From assembly GCA_043767845.1 (NCBI GenBank), contig JAYUFZ010000016.1, positions 2,523 through 66,522 on the forward strand: 64,000 nt of DNA. The letters are read 5' to 3'. A program made the translations under genes and the position numbers. The stretch is from a bacterium (GTDB lineage: Bacteria > Patescibacteriota > Saccharimonadia > UBA4664 > JBBRNT01). The notes under the pieces were generated by a model. It was not told the origin of the DNA and did no database searches. It worked only from the letters and a program-made list of their open reading frames with translations. Below are positions 27,453 through 37,361 of the stretch, piece by piece; the stretch's first letter is position 1; each line of letters opens with the position of its first letter.

Positions 27453-27503
27453 GACCCGCGGCTGATTTTGAGCATGCTAAAATAAGTAAAAGTGGAGGCC
27501 AAA

Positions 27504-28139
27504 ATGAAGATTACTAAGTTTGAACACGCCTGTTTGCTGCTCGAGGAAAATGGTAAGAAGCTCGTTATTGATCCCGGTAGTTTAGTGAGTAGGCTACCCA
27601 CTGACCTGAGCGTCGAGGCGATTGTGCTCACCCATATCCACGGCGATCATATGGACCCTGGACATATCCGGCAGCTAGTGGCTACTAATCCTGACCTGGT
27701 CATCTATGCGGACGCGGCGGCACTTGAGGCTTTGCAAGAAATTGATGCCAAAAAGGTCTTAGCCAAAGGCGGCCAGACCGAGCAGGTCGGTGGTTTTAAT
27801 CTGGAATTCTTCGGCCACGACCATGCTGTTGTTTTCGAAGTTGTACCCTGCGAGAATGTTGGCGTCATGGTCAACCACTCACTCTACTATCCTGGGGATT
27901 CCTATACCAAGCCAAATAAACCTGTCAAAACCCTAGCCTTACCTATATCTGGACCCTGGCTCAAGATCGGTGATGCCCTACAATTCATGATCGACGTCAA
28001 GCCACAGGAGATTTTCTCGACGCACGACTCGCTGCTGAGTGAAGACGGGCTGACATTTACCTTGGGCTGGGTCGACCGTATCGCCGACCGCGAAAGCATC
28101 GGCCACTTCCATCTAGCAGCTGGAGAGAGCTACCAATGA
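27504..28139 (+). CDS. MBL-fold metallo-hydrolase
   Basis: HIHGDHMD (HxHxDH) motif. Confidence 0.75.
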   Translation: MKITKFEHACLLLEENGKKLVIDPGSLVSRLPTDLSVEAIVLTHIHGDHMDPGHIRQLVATNPDLVIYADAAALEALQEIDAKKVLAKGGQTEQVGGFNLEFFGHDHAVVFEVVPCENVGVMVNHSLYYPGDSYTKPNKPVKTLALPISGPWLKIGDALQFMIDVKPQEIFSTHDSLLSEDGLTFTLGWVDRIADRESIGHFHLAAGESYQ

Positions 28140-28774
28140 AACACGATCGCTTACACGCCCTAGCCGATGGCATCTTCGCCATCGTAATGACCCTCCTGGT
28201 GCTCGACCTCAAAATCCCGGAACAAGGTGATGTGGTCTCGACGAGCCAATTGCTGGCCGCCGTCGGCCATCTGTGGCCCCTCTTCTTTAGCTTCGTGATG
28301 AGCTTTTTGGTACTCTTTGGCTACTGGCGGGCGCACAATGTGATCGTCTCGCAATACACCAAGAACCTCGATATGAACCTGATAACCATCAATATGGTTT
28401 TTCTGCTGTTCGTATCGCTGGTGCCGTTTTCGACCAACTTGCTAGGCCGCTTCATTGGCAATCGGGCGGGGATCATCATATATGGTATAAACCTGGGAAT
28501 GCTGGGCCTCACTCTCATGGCCGCCCGTAAGTACGCCGACAAAGCCGACAATATTGAAACCGCTGGCAATTGGACACTGCGCGACCGGCGCAACGGCTCA
28601 ATCCGCAGCTTCTTCCCAGTAGTCATGGCTATGGTAGCCGCCGGACTAAGCTTTTGGTCAATTCCATTGGCGCTATTTGTACTTATTAGCAGCGTCATTA
28701 TCAATCTGTTCACCAAGGGCCTGGATCCGCTGTTTTCAATGTTGGATGCGTTAAAAATCGGAATTGATGAGTAA
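28136..28774 (+). CDS. TMEM175/DUF1211-family putative K+ channel
   Basis: RLHALADGIFAIVMTLLVLDL matches the TMEM175 signature RxxxFSDGVFAIAITLLVLEL. 6-TM topology. Confidence 0.65.
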   Translation: MKHDRLHALADGIFAIVMTLLVLDLKIPEQGDVVSTSQLLAAVGHLWPLFFSFVMSFLVLFGYWRAHNVIVSQYTKNLDMNLITINMVFLLFVSLVPFSTNLLGRFIGNRAGIIIYGINLGMLGLTLMAARKYADKADNIETAGNWTLRDRRNGSIRSFFPVVMAMVAAGLSFWSIPLALFVLISSVIINLFTKGLDPLFSMLDALKIGIDE

Positions 28775-29477
28775 AGTTGGCGATATTAAAAAGGAGATCT
28801 TAGCCTCGGGTTCGGCCGAGAAAGCTAAGACCTCCAGCAGGTTCTTTAAGACGGGACTGGGGCAGTACGGAGAAGGGGACGTGTTTGTGGGGGTGACCGT
28901 GCCACAGCAGCGCACGATTGCCAAGCGACACTTGGATATGAGCGTAGATGAAGTGCTGGAACTACTGCATTCGCCCGAGCACGAGTTCCGCTCAGTAGCC
29001 TTAATGATTTGGACCTATCAATTCCCAAAGCTTGATGAGGGCGGGCGTGAGGCTATCTATCATGCCTACCTGGCCAACACCCGCTGGATTAATAATTGGG
29101 ATCTTGTCGATGGCAGCGCCCGGGATATAGTGGGCGCTTACTTGCTGGACAGGGACAAAGAAGTGCTAGTAAGGTTGGCCAAGTCCGGCTCCCTGTGGGC
29201 CAAGCGCATTGCTATTATTGCCACCCACGCCGAGATTATGGCCGGCCGCAGCCAGTGGACCTTCCAGATCGCCGATATCTTGATCGATGATCCGCACGAC
29301 CTGCTACAAAAGGCAGTGGGCTGGATGTTGCGCGAGGTGGGGAAGCGGGTGAGTCGGGAGGAACTGATCGACTATCTGTCGACGCGCTACAAGACTATGC
29401 CGCGCACCGCCTTGCGCTACAGCATTGAACACTTTGACCAACCAACCCGCCAAGATTATTTGGCTGGCCGGATATAA
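28767..29477 (+). CDS. DNA alkylation repair protein (AlkD/AlkC-like HEAT-repeat glycosylase family)
   Basis: FFKTGLGQYGEGDVFVGVTVPQQRTIAK conserved N-terminal block of the DNA_alkylation family. Confidence 0.65.
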   Translation: MSKVGDIKKEILASGSAEKAKTSSRFFKTGLGQYGEGDVFVGVTVPQQRTIAKRHLDMSVDEVLELLHSPEHEFRSVALMIWTYQFPKLDEGGREAIYHAYLANTRWINNWDLVDGSARDIVGAYLLDRDKEVLVRLAKSGSLWAKRIAIIATHAEIMAGRSQWTFQIADILIDDPHDLLQKAVGWMLREVGKRVSREELIDYLSTRYKTMPRTALRYSIEHFDQPTRQDYLAGRI

Positions 29478-29500
29478 CCGCGATCGGTTACACTGGATCT

Positions 29501-30883
29501 ATGCAAAACTTAGGCCAACGCGCCCTCGAATTGATCCGGTCCCACAAAAAAACCAGTCTGCTCATTTTCATTACGCTGGCCAGTTTCACTACCCACTTTG
29601 CTTTTTATAGCCGTCAAGACATGGCCGTGTTTGATGAGATCTACTTCACGACTGACGCTCAAGATTACTACACCCACAAGTATTACTTTGACATTCACCC
29701 ACCACTCGGCAAATTGCTGATAGCTGCTTCGGCTTTGCCCCAGGGAATCCCGGCCGATGTGCAGTTCAAGAGCGAGCGTTACACCGGCACTCAGCCCAAC
29801 TACGCTCGTCTGCGCCTGCTCCCTACGCTGGCCGGTGTGGCTTTGCCGATCATTATCTTTTTACTAGCCCTGGAACTGGGGTTGTCGCTCGTGGGCGCTG
29901 GGTTTGCTGGCGGGGCGATTGTACTCGAGAATGCTCTGCTGACCCAGAGTCGGCTAGTGTTGATCGACAGCTTCCTGCTGCTGTTTGGTTTTGGGGCATT
30001 GCTGTGCTTCATGCGTTACATCCGGCTCAAGGGTTCGAAGCGCGGGCATTTTGGTTGGCTTGTGGGCAGTGGGGTGCTTGTTGGCATGGCTATTGGCATT
30101 AAGTGGACCAGCCTGGTATTCCTGGCCTTCATGGGGCTTTTGTATCTATGGCGCAATAGGAAAGTACTGGGCCACACGCGGGTTATCTGGCACGGCTTAG
30201 TGGGGCTCGTGATCGCGCCTTTGGCCGCCTACGCCATTCCTTTTGCCGTCCACTTTGCGCTTTTGACTAAGACCGGTACCGGTGATGCCTTCATGTCGCC
30301 GGCTTTCCAGCATACACTTGTTGGCAATAATTACGCTAGCCAGTCAGGCTACAAAAAGCTCAGCTTCAAGGACAAATTCCTGGAGCTGAACTGGGAGATG
30401 TTTGATTCGAATAAGTCGATTACGGGTGGGCACCCCTACGGTAGTCGCTGGTACAGCTGGCCACTGCTGCAGCGGCCCATCTGGTATTACGTCGATGGCA
30501 AGCAGTACATTTACCTGCTCGGTAACCCATTGCTGTGGTGGCTGGCGACGATTGCTGCCGTGGTAATGCTGTGGCGGATATTCGATGAGAAGAAGCAGCG
30601 CAAACTGGTCAATATATTTTTAGCCGGTGCCTTTCTGGTGAGCTGGTTGCCGTTTATGCTCATTACCCGGGTGATGTTTTTATACCACTATTTCACGGCC
30701 TTAATCTTTAGTATTTTGATGCTTGCGGTGCTGGTTGACCAGATCCCGCAGAAACGCAAAGTGGTGATAGCGCTGGCAGTTGTCTGCGGCCTGAGTTTCG
30801 TGTTCTTCGCGCCATTGAGCTATGGTCTGCCACTCAACGAAAAGGCCCTCAGCTGGCATATGTGGCTGCCGAGTTGGCGTTAG
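29501..30883 (+). CDS. GT39-family (Pmt-like) membrane mannosyltransferase
   Basis: DEIYFTTDAQDYYTHKYYFDIHPPLGKLL matches the Pmt DE-motif/…FDVHPP(L/F)(G/A)K. Polytopic membrane protein. Confidence 0.7.
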   Translation: MQNLGQRALELIRSHKKTSLLIFITLASFTTHFAFYSRQDMAVFDEIYFTTDAQDYYTHKYYFDIHPPLGKLLIAASALPQGIPADVQFKSERYTGTQPNYARLRLLPTLAGVALPIIIFLLALELGLSLVGAGFAGGAIVLENALLTQSRLVLIDSFLLLFGFGALLCFMRYIRLKGSKRGHFGWLVGSGVLVGMAIGIKWTSLVFLAFMGLLYLWRNRKVLGHTRVIWHGLVGLVIAPLAAYAIPFAVHFALLTKTGTGDAFMSPAFQHTLVGNNYASQSGYKKLSFKDKFLELNWEMFDSNKSITGGHPYGSRWYSWPLLQRPIWYYVDGKQYIYLLGNPLLWWLATIAAVVMLWRIFDEKKQRKLVNIFLAGAFLVSWLPFMLITRVMFLYHYFTALIFSILMLAVLVDQIPQKRKVVIALAVVCGLSFVFFAPLSYGLPLNEKALSWHMWLPSWR

Positions 30884-30951
30884 ATGCCCCTAAATGTGAG
30901 AGTGGCCCCACCTCCGGAGAGATGGGGCCACTGGGTGGGCGGTGGACTCGG

Positions 30952-31365
30952 CTAGGCCGATTTGCGGCGGCGCAGCTGGATGACTCTGGCCTGCTGGTCG
31001 CCTTCGAAGTTCTCCTTCTGGTTGAACAGCTCGATGAACTGCTCGGTCCGGCGAACCACTGATGTGCCCTTTCCGAGGAGCTTCTTGCGCTGCCTGATGT
31101 AGGCGGAGAAGAAGGCGACGAGGTCGGGGTGGTAGAGGCGATGCATCGTCCAGTTGTCGGGCTGGCAGATCATCTGATGCTCGACCAGGTTGGTGACGAA
31201 CCGCTGGAGCGGAGTCCGGAACCAACTGGCCAGCGTAGTGGGGCTGACCCCGGTTTCACGTCGGACGAGCAGGCGGAGCTCTTCGTAGGTGAGCCAGCCC
31301 TCATCTTTCAGCTGCTCCGAATGTGTCGATGCCTTACCGCCGATGGTGGATACTGCTTTTTTCAA
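30952..31365 (-). CDS. hypothetical protein with HTH-like segment
   Basis: LTYEELRLLVRRETGVSPTTLASW. No further assignment. Confidence 0.35.
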   Translation of the reverse strand: MKKAVSTIGGKASTHSEQLKDEGWLTYEELRLLVRRETGVSPTTLASWFRTPLQRFVTNLVEHQMICQPDNWTMHRLYHPDLVAFFSAYIRQRKKLLGKGTSVVRRTEQFIELFNQKENFEGDQQARVIQLRRRKSA

Positions 31366-31484
31366 TGAAGCTCCTTAAGCCTCTCGATGTACAGGAGCCA
31401 CCACTCTAACACAGAATTCATCACGTGTCAATAGATACATCGAGAAGCGAGCAAAACGGCAGGTTCACAGCAGTCGCAAAAGGG

Positions 31485-31509
31485 TACCTTTTCTCCCCTT
31501 AAGAAGGTA
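31485..31509 (+). promoter_or_regulatory. variant palindrome TACCTTTTCTCCCCTTAAGAAGGTA overlapping -35 of a leaderless-type promoter (TACAAT-6nt-ATG); sibling at 35775-35799
   Basis: Two near-identical 25-mers, each upstream of a -10 box placed 6 nt before the ATG. Confidence 0.45.
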
Positions 31510-31532
31510 GGCTTCTTTGTTACAATAAAGTT

Positions 31533-31880
31533 ATGAATGTCGAAGAATACTGCCTCACCAAACTTGCCGCTGTCGAAGACTACCCATTTGGCGATGAAGT
31601 GGCGGTCTTTAAGGTTGGCGGTAAGATGTTTGCCTTGACCTCGCCGCCTGGTAAGCCGACTTCCATCAGTCTGAAATGCGAACCGACGCTGGCTATCTCA
31701 CTACGTCAGAAGTACCCGGCAATTACCCCCGGGTATCATTTGAACAAAATGCACTGGAATACTATCGATCTTGGTGGCACCGTACCAGATGCTGAGATTA
31801 AGCGGCTGATCACTCATAGCTATGAGCTGGTTGTAAGTGGCCTGCCCAGAGTGGGTCGTGAGGCCTTATCGGACATCTGA
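31533..31880 (+). CDS. MmcQ/YjbR-family protein
   Basis: GKMFAL…LKCEP…PGYHLNKMHWNTI conserved blocks. Confidence 0.7.
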   Translation: MNVEEYCLTKLAAVEDYPFGDEVAVFKVGGKMFALTSPPGKPTSISLKCEPTLAISLRQKYPAITPGYHLNKMHWNTIDLGGTVPDAEIKRLITHSYELVVSGLPRVGREALSDI

Positions 31881-31918
31881 ACTTGATGGATCATCCCTGA
31901 TCTGCTAGAGTAGCCGGC

Positions 31919-32467
31919 ATGTCCGACAACCCGCCTATGCCCCAGCTCCTTTCCAGCAAAGTAATCCTCGATAACCCTCGCTTCTCAGTCCGTGAAGACA
32001 CTATCAAAATGCCGAACGGCCAGATCACCGATTACATCGTGGCCGAACCGCAGTGCGCAGTATTCATGGTGGCGACTACTATAAGCGGCCTCTACGTCTT
32101 GGTTCGGCAACTCCGTTATCCTCTGGAGCAGGAAACGCTCGAGGTCCCCGCCGGCATGCTACCAAAGGGTGTCAATCCACTGGTGCAAGCGCAATGTGAG
32201 CTGGAAGAAGAGATTGGCTTTCGGGCCAAATCCTTGGAGCTCATAGCCACCTTGCAGGCTTGGCCATCGCGTCAGGATAGAAAGCAATTCATTATCCGGG
32301 CCAGGGGCTTGCCCGACGAAGGCCTGCACTACGGGGGCCAGGAGCACGACGAAGCTATTAGCGCTGTGGAGACGTACACCAAAGCTGATGTACTGGAGAT
32401 GATCAAGGATGGCCGACTGCAGGTTCAAGAAACAGTCGCCGCGTTGCTCCTCTCGTTTCTTGAGTAA
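31919..32467 (+). CDS. NUDIX hydrolase (ADP-ribose pyrophosphatase-like)
   Basis: Nudix box …GVNPLVQAQCELEEEIGF. Confidence 0.7.
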   Translation: MSDNPPMPQLLSSKVILDNPRFSVREDTIKMPNGQITDYIVAEPQCAVFMVATTISGLYVLVRQLRYPLEQETLEVPAGMLPKGVNPLVQAQCELEEEIGFRAKSLELIATLQAWPSRQDRKQFIIRARGLPDEGLHYGGQEHDEAISAVETYTKADVLEMIKDGRLQVQETVAALLLSFLE

Positions 32468-32512
32468 TTCCTATCGACCAACCGACCGCCAGTTCAGCTG
32501 GCGGTTTTTCAA

Positions 32513-33265
32513 TTAGCGCAGGGCATAGACGATGCTGACGCTAGCGCTGATCTCATTTTGGCCTGTATAGACCTGGCTGGGGACTGGTGCCACTTCGGAT
32601 TTGGCAATCATCGGTTTGCCGCCGGCTGAGCTATCATTAGCCATCATGGGAATCGTCCCACCGTAACCGCCCGATAGGTTGATGCTCTGGGCCTTGCCAA
32701 CTCGTAAGCCCAATTCGCTGGCCGCCTGGTCGGCCTTGGATTTGGCATCGGCGATTGCTTTGGTGCGGGCTTGGGCCTCGAGGTCTTTACGGCGGCTTTC
32801 GCTGAAACTCGATTGGGGTGAGGCCGAGCCAGTCAGGTTGGTAGTGAGCAGATAATCCTGAACCTGAGTGGCCAGATTTTTATCATGAATGGTAATTGTT
32901 ACCTGAGCGTGCCCGGTTTTGGTGGTGTCATCCCAACGGAAGGGGTAGTAGCCACTCCCAGCGTTGGAAGACGTGGCAATATCCTTATCGGCTACCCCGA
33001 GTCCTTTCAGGCCTTTGATCACCTCAGCTGTCACAGCGTTGACGGCGGCCAAAGCCTCTTTCTCGGTCTCAGCCTTCTTCTCGTAAGCAGGATTAAAAAC
33101 AAACTCATCGGGCAGGGCCTTAATGGTCGCGTCTCCGGTGATCGAGATAGTCTTGGTCGAAAAGGCTGCCGTCCAGGGTCGCCACACTCCCAACATGATT
33201 AAAATTATGACAAATAGTCCAGCGCTTAAGATCCGAAAATCGAGTTTGAATGTGATGTTTTGCAT
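32513..33265 (-). CDS. SIMPL/DUF541-family protein
   Basis: ISITGDATIKALPDEFVFNPAYE… typical SIMPL N-terminus. Start taken at MQNITFKL. Confidence 0.65.
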   Translation of the reverse strand: MQNITFKLDFRILSAGLFVIILIMLGVWRPWTAAFSTKTISITGDATIKALPDEFVFNPAYEKKAETEKEALAAVNAVTAEVIKGLKGLGVADKDIATSSNAGSGYYPFRWDDTTKTGHAQVTITIHDKNLATQVQDYLLTTNLTGSASPQSSFSESRRKDLEAQARTKAIADAKSKADQAASELGLRVGKAQSINLSGGYGGTIPMMANDSSAGGKPMIAKSEVAPVPSQVYTGQNEISASVSIVYALR

Positions 33266-33299
33266 AAATTCATTGTAGCACCCCAGCTGTACGAAAAGC

Positions 33300-33377
33300 A
33301 GTATACCAAACAAAAACCGAAAGTAAATAGAAGGTTACCTTTCTTCTGCGTGAAAAGGTAACCTTCTGAGCAATCAG
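33300..33377 (-). promoter_or_regulatory. dispersed promoter cassette copy C (minus orientation; -10 TATACT), drives the SIMPL gene
   Basis: Reverse complement matches copies A/B/D/E with one loop mismatch. Confidence 0.55.
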
Positions 33378-33390
33378 CTACAATTGAGTA

Positions 33391-34191
33391 ATGAAAAACA
33401 TGGATGAGTTTCAAAAACTAGTGATTGACTATTATTCTCAAAGCGGCCGCCACGACCTGCCTTGGCGGCTTGATGTGTCGACGTATTCGATCGTGATTAG
33501 CGAGGTGATGCTGCAGCAAACCCAAGTGAGCCGGGTAATCCCCAAATACCAAGCCTGGATGGCCGATTTTCCAGATTGGCAGGCTTTGGCTGGGGCTAGC
33601 AACTATCAGATTCTGACAGCCTGGCAGGGTCTAGGCTATAACCGCCGAGGATTGTGGTTGGCTCAGACTGGAAAGACCGTAGCTGATCAGTATGATGGCG
33701 AGCTACCAAATGATCCGGCCGATCTGGTTAAACTCCCTGGAATTGGCCCCAATACCGCCGGGTCAATAGCTGCTTTTGCCTTTAATGTGCCTGTAGTATT
33801 CGTCGAAACTAACATCCGCCGCGTATTTATCCATCACTTTTTCGAGGATCAGGAGGGGATTGATGACAGCCAGTTGCGGCCGTTGATCGAGAAATCACTA
33901 TCCGATCAGCAACCGCGCATCTGGTATTGGGCTTTGATGGATTACGGATCCCATCTGGCGACCCAGCTGCCCAACCCCAACCGCCGCAGCAAGCATTACG
34001 CCAAGCAATCAAAGTTCCAAGGTTCGGCCCGCCAGATACGCGGTGAGGTTTTGCGCCAATTATTAGCTGATTCGAAGTCGCTCGATCAATTGCAGCTCCA
34101 GATCAAAGATGACCGGCTGATCAAGGTCTTATCGGATCTGATGACTGAGGGCATGATCGCGCTTGATTCGGATAACTACCAGATCAAGTAA
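33391..34191 (+). CDS. HhH-GPD DNA glycosylase (MutY/Nth-like), no obvious FeS-cluster cysteines
   Basis: LPGIGPNTAGSIAAFAFNVPVVFVETNIRRV helix-hairpin-helix/GPD loop. Confidence 0.65.
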   Translation: MKNMDEFQKLVIDYYSQSGRHDLPWRLDVSTYSIVISEVMLQQTQVSRVIPKYQAWMADFPDWQALAGASNYQILTAWQGLGYNRRGLWLAQTGKTVADQYDGELPNDPADLVKLPGIGPNTAGSIAAFAFNVPVVFVETNIRRVFIHHFFEDQEGIDDSQLRPLIEKSLSDQQPRIWYWALMDYGSHLATQLPNPNRRSKHYAKQSKFQGSARQIRGEVLRQLLADSKSLDQLQLQIKDDRLIKVLSDLMTEGMIALDSDNYQIK

Positions 34192-34942
34192 GCGGCTTAG
34201 AGCTTGCCCAGATCACATCGTAGAGAGCTTGCATCATCTGGTAATGCTCGGCGGACTTCACCAACAGCGCGTAGCCACTAGCCAGCGAAGAGATATAGAG
34301 CACGCTTTGGTCATACATGAACACCGTGCTGCGGAAGTTGTCGCCGAGGCCGCTGGGCATCATCCGTATCTGGGATTTGTCGTAGAGGGCGGCGATGATT
34401 TTCGGGTCAATCGGCACGCCCCAGAGGTTGCGGGTACTAACCCCTAGATCGTGCCGCAGTTTCACATAGCGGCCCACGAATTCCTCCCCGAGCTGCCAGA
34501 AAAAGTTCGTCGTTGGTACGAGGGTGTCGATGCTGCGGCTGTGGCAGTAGGCGCTCTCCATGATAATGTTTTTGACCGCATCGACCCCTTCATAAAAGGC
34601 CACCTGCGGTTTATGGTCGCCGGCTGGCGACAGCTGGAACTGGGCGACAAATTGGTCGAGATCAGCTTTAGTTTTCTCGATCTGATGCTGCTTTTGAGCG
34701 ACTATGGTTTGCAGCCGTTTGAGCGGCTCTAATCTGAATTTACTACCATCATCCAGCCCGGTCTTGCTCAGCAATCCACGCCGTTCAAGCGAACTGAGGG
34801 CGTAATAGACAGTTGGCCGGCTGCGGCCAGTCACGGCTACAATGTCACGGGCCGCCAAGGCGCCACCAAGCATGGCCAAATACACCTCGGTTTCGGCTTC
34901 GGTGAGGTCTAATGCGGCTAATAGGGCGCGTGGTTCAATCAT
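34184..34942 (-). CDS. TrmB-family transcriptional regulator
   Basis: N-terminal TrmB HTH (LDLTEAETEVYLAMLG…ARDIVAVTGRSRPTVYYALSSLERRGLL). Confidence 0.7.
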   Translation of the reverse strand: MIEPRALLAALDLTEAETEVYLAMLGGALAARDIVAVTGRSRPTVYYALSSLERRGLLSKTGLDDGSKFRLEPLKRLQTIVAQKQHQIEKTKADLDQFVAQFQLSPAGDHKPQVAFYEGVDAVKNIIMESAYCHSRSIDTLVPTTNFFWQLGEEFVGRYVKLRHDLGVSTRNLWGVPIDPKIIAALYDKSQIRMMPSGLGDNFRSTVFMYDQSVLYISSLASGYALLVKSAEHYQMMQALYDVIWASSKPLT

Positions 34943-35034
34943 GTGTCTAATCCTTATTATACATGCTTAACTATTTGCCCGGCTAGATCTATGATGGCAG
35001 TGTTCTTTCACAAGTAGCTCAACAAGGGGGAGTA

Positions 35035-35652
35035 ATGGCTAAGATCAATCTCATGCAGCACTGGGTGGATTTGTTCCCGAATGCAACGGTAGACGCGAGT
35101 TTGCAGGCTTATCGGGACGTCGTGGCTTACTACGGCGAGCCTGGCCGGTATTATCACACGCTGGTGCACATTGCCCCTATGCTTGAGGCGCAGCGTCAGT
35201 ACTTTCCAGATGCGTCCCGGAGTGTTCTGGTGGCCATCTGGCTGCACGACGTCATCTACAACGGCACTCCAGGCCAAGACGAGGCCGATAGCGCCACCTA
35301 TGCCGAGAAACTCGCACTAGAGCTGGGCGAGAGCCAGGCGTTCGCTTCCGAGGTTAGCGCATTGATCTTGACGACCGCTGGGCACATGCCGGCTGACGCC
35401 GCGAGCCAGATGCTCTGCGATCTGGACTTGCTCTCACTCGGCTGTAAGTCGGACACCTACAAGGCCAATACGGCCAAGATCCGCCGCGAGTACAGCCACG
35501 TTTCTGGCTTCCAGTGGCGCATCGGCCGCAAGGCCTTCATCGAGAGCTTTCTTGACCGGCCATTCATCTTCCACGACCCAGTCCTCCGTATCGAGTTCGA
35601 AGCCCAAGCCCGCCGCAACCTCTGCGCCGAGCTGACCGCGCTGTTCGAGTGA
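35035..35652 (+). CDS. HD-superfamily-like hypothetical protein
   Basis: YHTLVH … LHDVIY (H…HD) pattern. Weak. Confidence 0.4.
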   Translation: MAKINLMQHWVDLFPNATVDASLQAYRDVVAYYGEPGRYYHTLVHIAPMLEAQRQYFPDASRSVLVAIWLHDVIYNGTPGQDEADSATYAEKLALELGESQAFASEVSALILTTAGHMPADAASQMLCDLDLLSLGCKSDTYKANTAKIRREYSHVSGFQWRIGRKAFIESFLDRPFIFHDPVLRIEFEAQARRNLCAELTALFE

Positions 35653-35840
35653 TCTGATCCATACAACACAAGCCCCTTGAGATTCAAATCTTTAGGGGCT
35701 GTTAATTATCAGATCAATAAACAAAAAAAGGCCCCCGCGAAGGGGCCTTTCGGCCCACCTATGTCCCAGAACCCTACCTTTTCTCCCCGTGAGAAGGTAA
35801 CCTTCTTTTGGCCGGTCGCTATCTGGGGTAAACTAAGCTT

Positions 35841-36440
35841 ATGATTGTTGTCGATGTCCAAACCAGCGGGCTCAACCCGCGTAAACACTCCATATTGAGC
35901 ATTGGGGCCGTTGAGTTTGAGCATTCCGGGAACACGTTCTACATCGAGTGCCAGGTGGATCCTGATGCGGCAGTCGAGGCTAAGGCCCTCGAGGTGAACG
36001 GCTTTACGGAGGAGCAGATTGTCGACCCAAGTAAGCCGACTTTGAAAGAAGCGCTGGAAAAGTGGCTAGACTGGGCGATTGCGATCCCAGAGCGCACCTT
36101 AGCCGGGCACAACACAGCCTTCGACTACGCCATGCTGGAGGCTGCTTGCCGCAAATACGACCTGGGCTGGCCGTTTGGCAGCCGGACTGTCGATCTGCAC
36201 AGCCTAGCTTATGCCGATTATTACCGCCGCCAGCTGGAGATGCCTAAGCACGGTGGGGCATCGGGCATTACCGCCCCGATGGTGTTTGAATATGTCGGCC
36301 TTGAGCCCGGAACCGGTCCGCTCAACGGACTAGAAGTGGCTAAAAAAGAGGCCGAGGCCTTGAGCCGGTTTATGAGCGGGAAGACGATTATTGCCGAGTA
36401 TGGGAAGTTTGTATTGCCGGAACATTTGAGACGTAGCTAG
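35841..36440 (+). CDS. DEDDh-type 3'-5' exonuclease domain protein (Exo I motif reads D-V-Q rather than D-x-E)
   Basis: VVDVQTSGLN (Exo I), GHNTAFDYAML (Exo II), HSLAYAD (Exo III). Confidence 0.65.
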   Translation: MIVVDVQTSGLNPRKHSILSIGAVEFEHSGNTFYIECQVDPDAAVEAKALEVNGFTEEQIVDPSKPTLKEALEKWLDWAIAIPERTLAGHNTAFDYAMLEAACRKYDLGWPFGSRTVDLHSLAYADYYRRQLEMPKHGGASGITAPMVFEYVGLEPGTGPLNGLEVAKKEAEALSRFMSGKTIIAEYGKFVLPEHLRRS

Positions 36441-36527
36441 CCTTGATAAATGACCTCTAGCGGCCTATAGTAGCCACGCGGAAGTGCCGCACGGTACTTC
36501 CAAGCCCTCGAGCGAAACGAGCCCCCG

Positions 36528-37361
36528 ATGCGTCCCGATGCCAGCTACACCCTGATCATCCAGATCGTCAATTTCCGAAGCAAGCAATTGCTTATCAACT
36601 TACTTAGATCTATCCAAAAACATCCTCCAAGTTGTGGCTATATGATCAAAGTACTAGAGAATGGCTCCGGCGATGACCTCTCCGATCTGGAAGTGCAGTT
36701 TCCTACGCTCGATCTCGCCGTCTACGAGACGCCCCGCAACTTCGGTTTTGGTGCCGGACATAATCTCTTGGCTAGGAAAGACCCCCTGGCGACCATCTTT
36801 CTGCTGCTACTGAACCCGGACTGCGAAATCCGCTCGCCAGGCACTGTCGACGGACTGCTTCGAGCACTGGGGGAGCACCCAGAATGCGCCGTTGCCGGGG
36901 CCCAAACCCTTGGATTCGACGGCAACCTGGCCGAGTGGGATCACGGTGAGATTGAAGGGCTAATAAACCGAGTTGTTGTCTCCGTCACGGCCTTTGGAAG
37001 GTGGAAGCGACGTTTTCATAGCGGCAGAGTGGCCTGGGTGTCTGGAGCCTGTATGCTCATACGCCGCAAGGACTTCATCGATCAAGGCGGGTTTGATGAG
37101 AGGTTCTTCATGTATTACGAAGAGGTAGACCTACAATATCGTCTTTCTGGGTCCGGGCGCTATGCCTGGTATGAAGCAACTGCTCAGGTATACCACAAAG
37201 GTGGTGGCAGTGGTGGTGATCGAAACACACTCATGGCGCTGTCCAATGAACACTTCAATCGCAAGCACCTCCGCCCATGGAATCCAGTTCACCTGGTCAT
37301 GCGCCTGAGCTGGTGGCTGCGTGGTCGCAAGACAGCTGGCGCTCCGCCAAGTCGACCATAA
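36528..37361 (+). CDS. GT2-family glycosyltransferase-like
   Basis: …ETPRNFGFGAGHNLLAR… and overall GT2 pattern. Confidence 0.5.
   Translation: MRPDASYTLIIQIVNFRSKQLLINLLRSIQKHPPSCGYMIKVLENGSGDDLSDLEVQFPTLDLAVYETPRNFGFGAGHNLLARKDPLATIFLLLLNPDCEIRSPGTVDGLLRALGEHPECAVAGAQTLGFDGNLAEWDHGEIEGLINRVVVSVTAFGRWKRRFHSGRVAWVSGACMLIRRKDFIDQGGFDERFFMYYEEVDLQYRLSGSGRYAWYEATAQVYHKGGGSGGDRNTLMALSNEHFNRKHLRPWNPVHLVMRLSWWLRGRKTAGAPPSRP

Noticed and set aside
30890-31225. 111-aa minus-strand ORF overlapping the 30952-31365 gene in another frame
   Set aside because: Pro/Arg-rich, overlaps a better ORF with an HTH-like segment.
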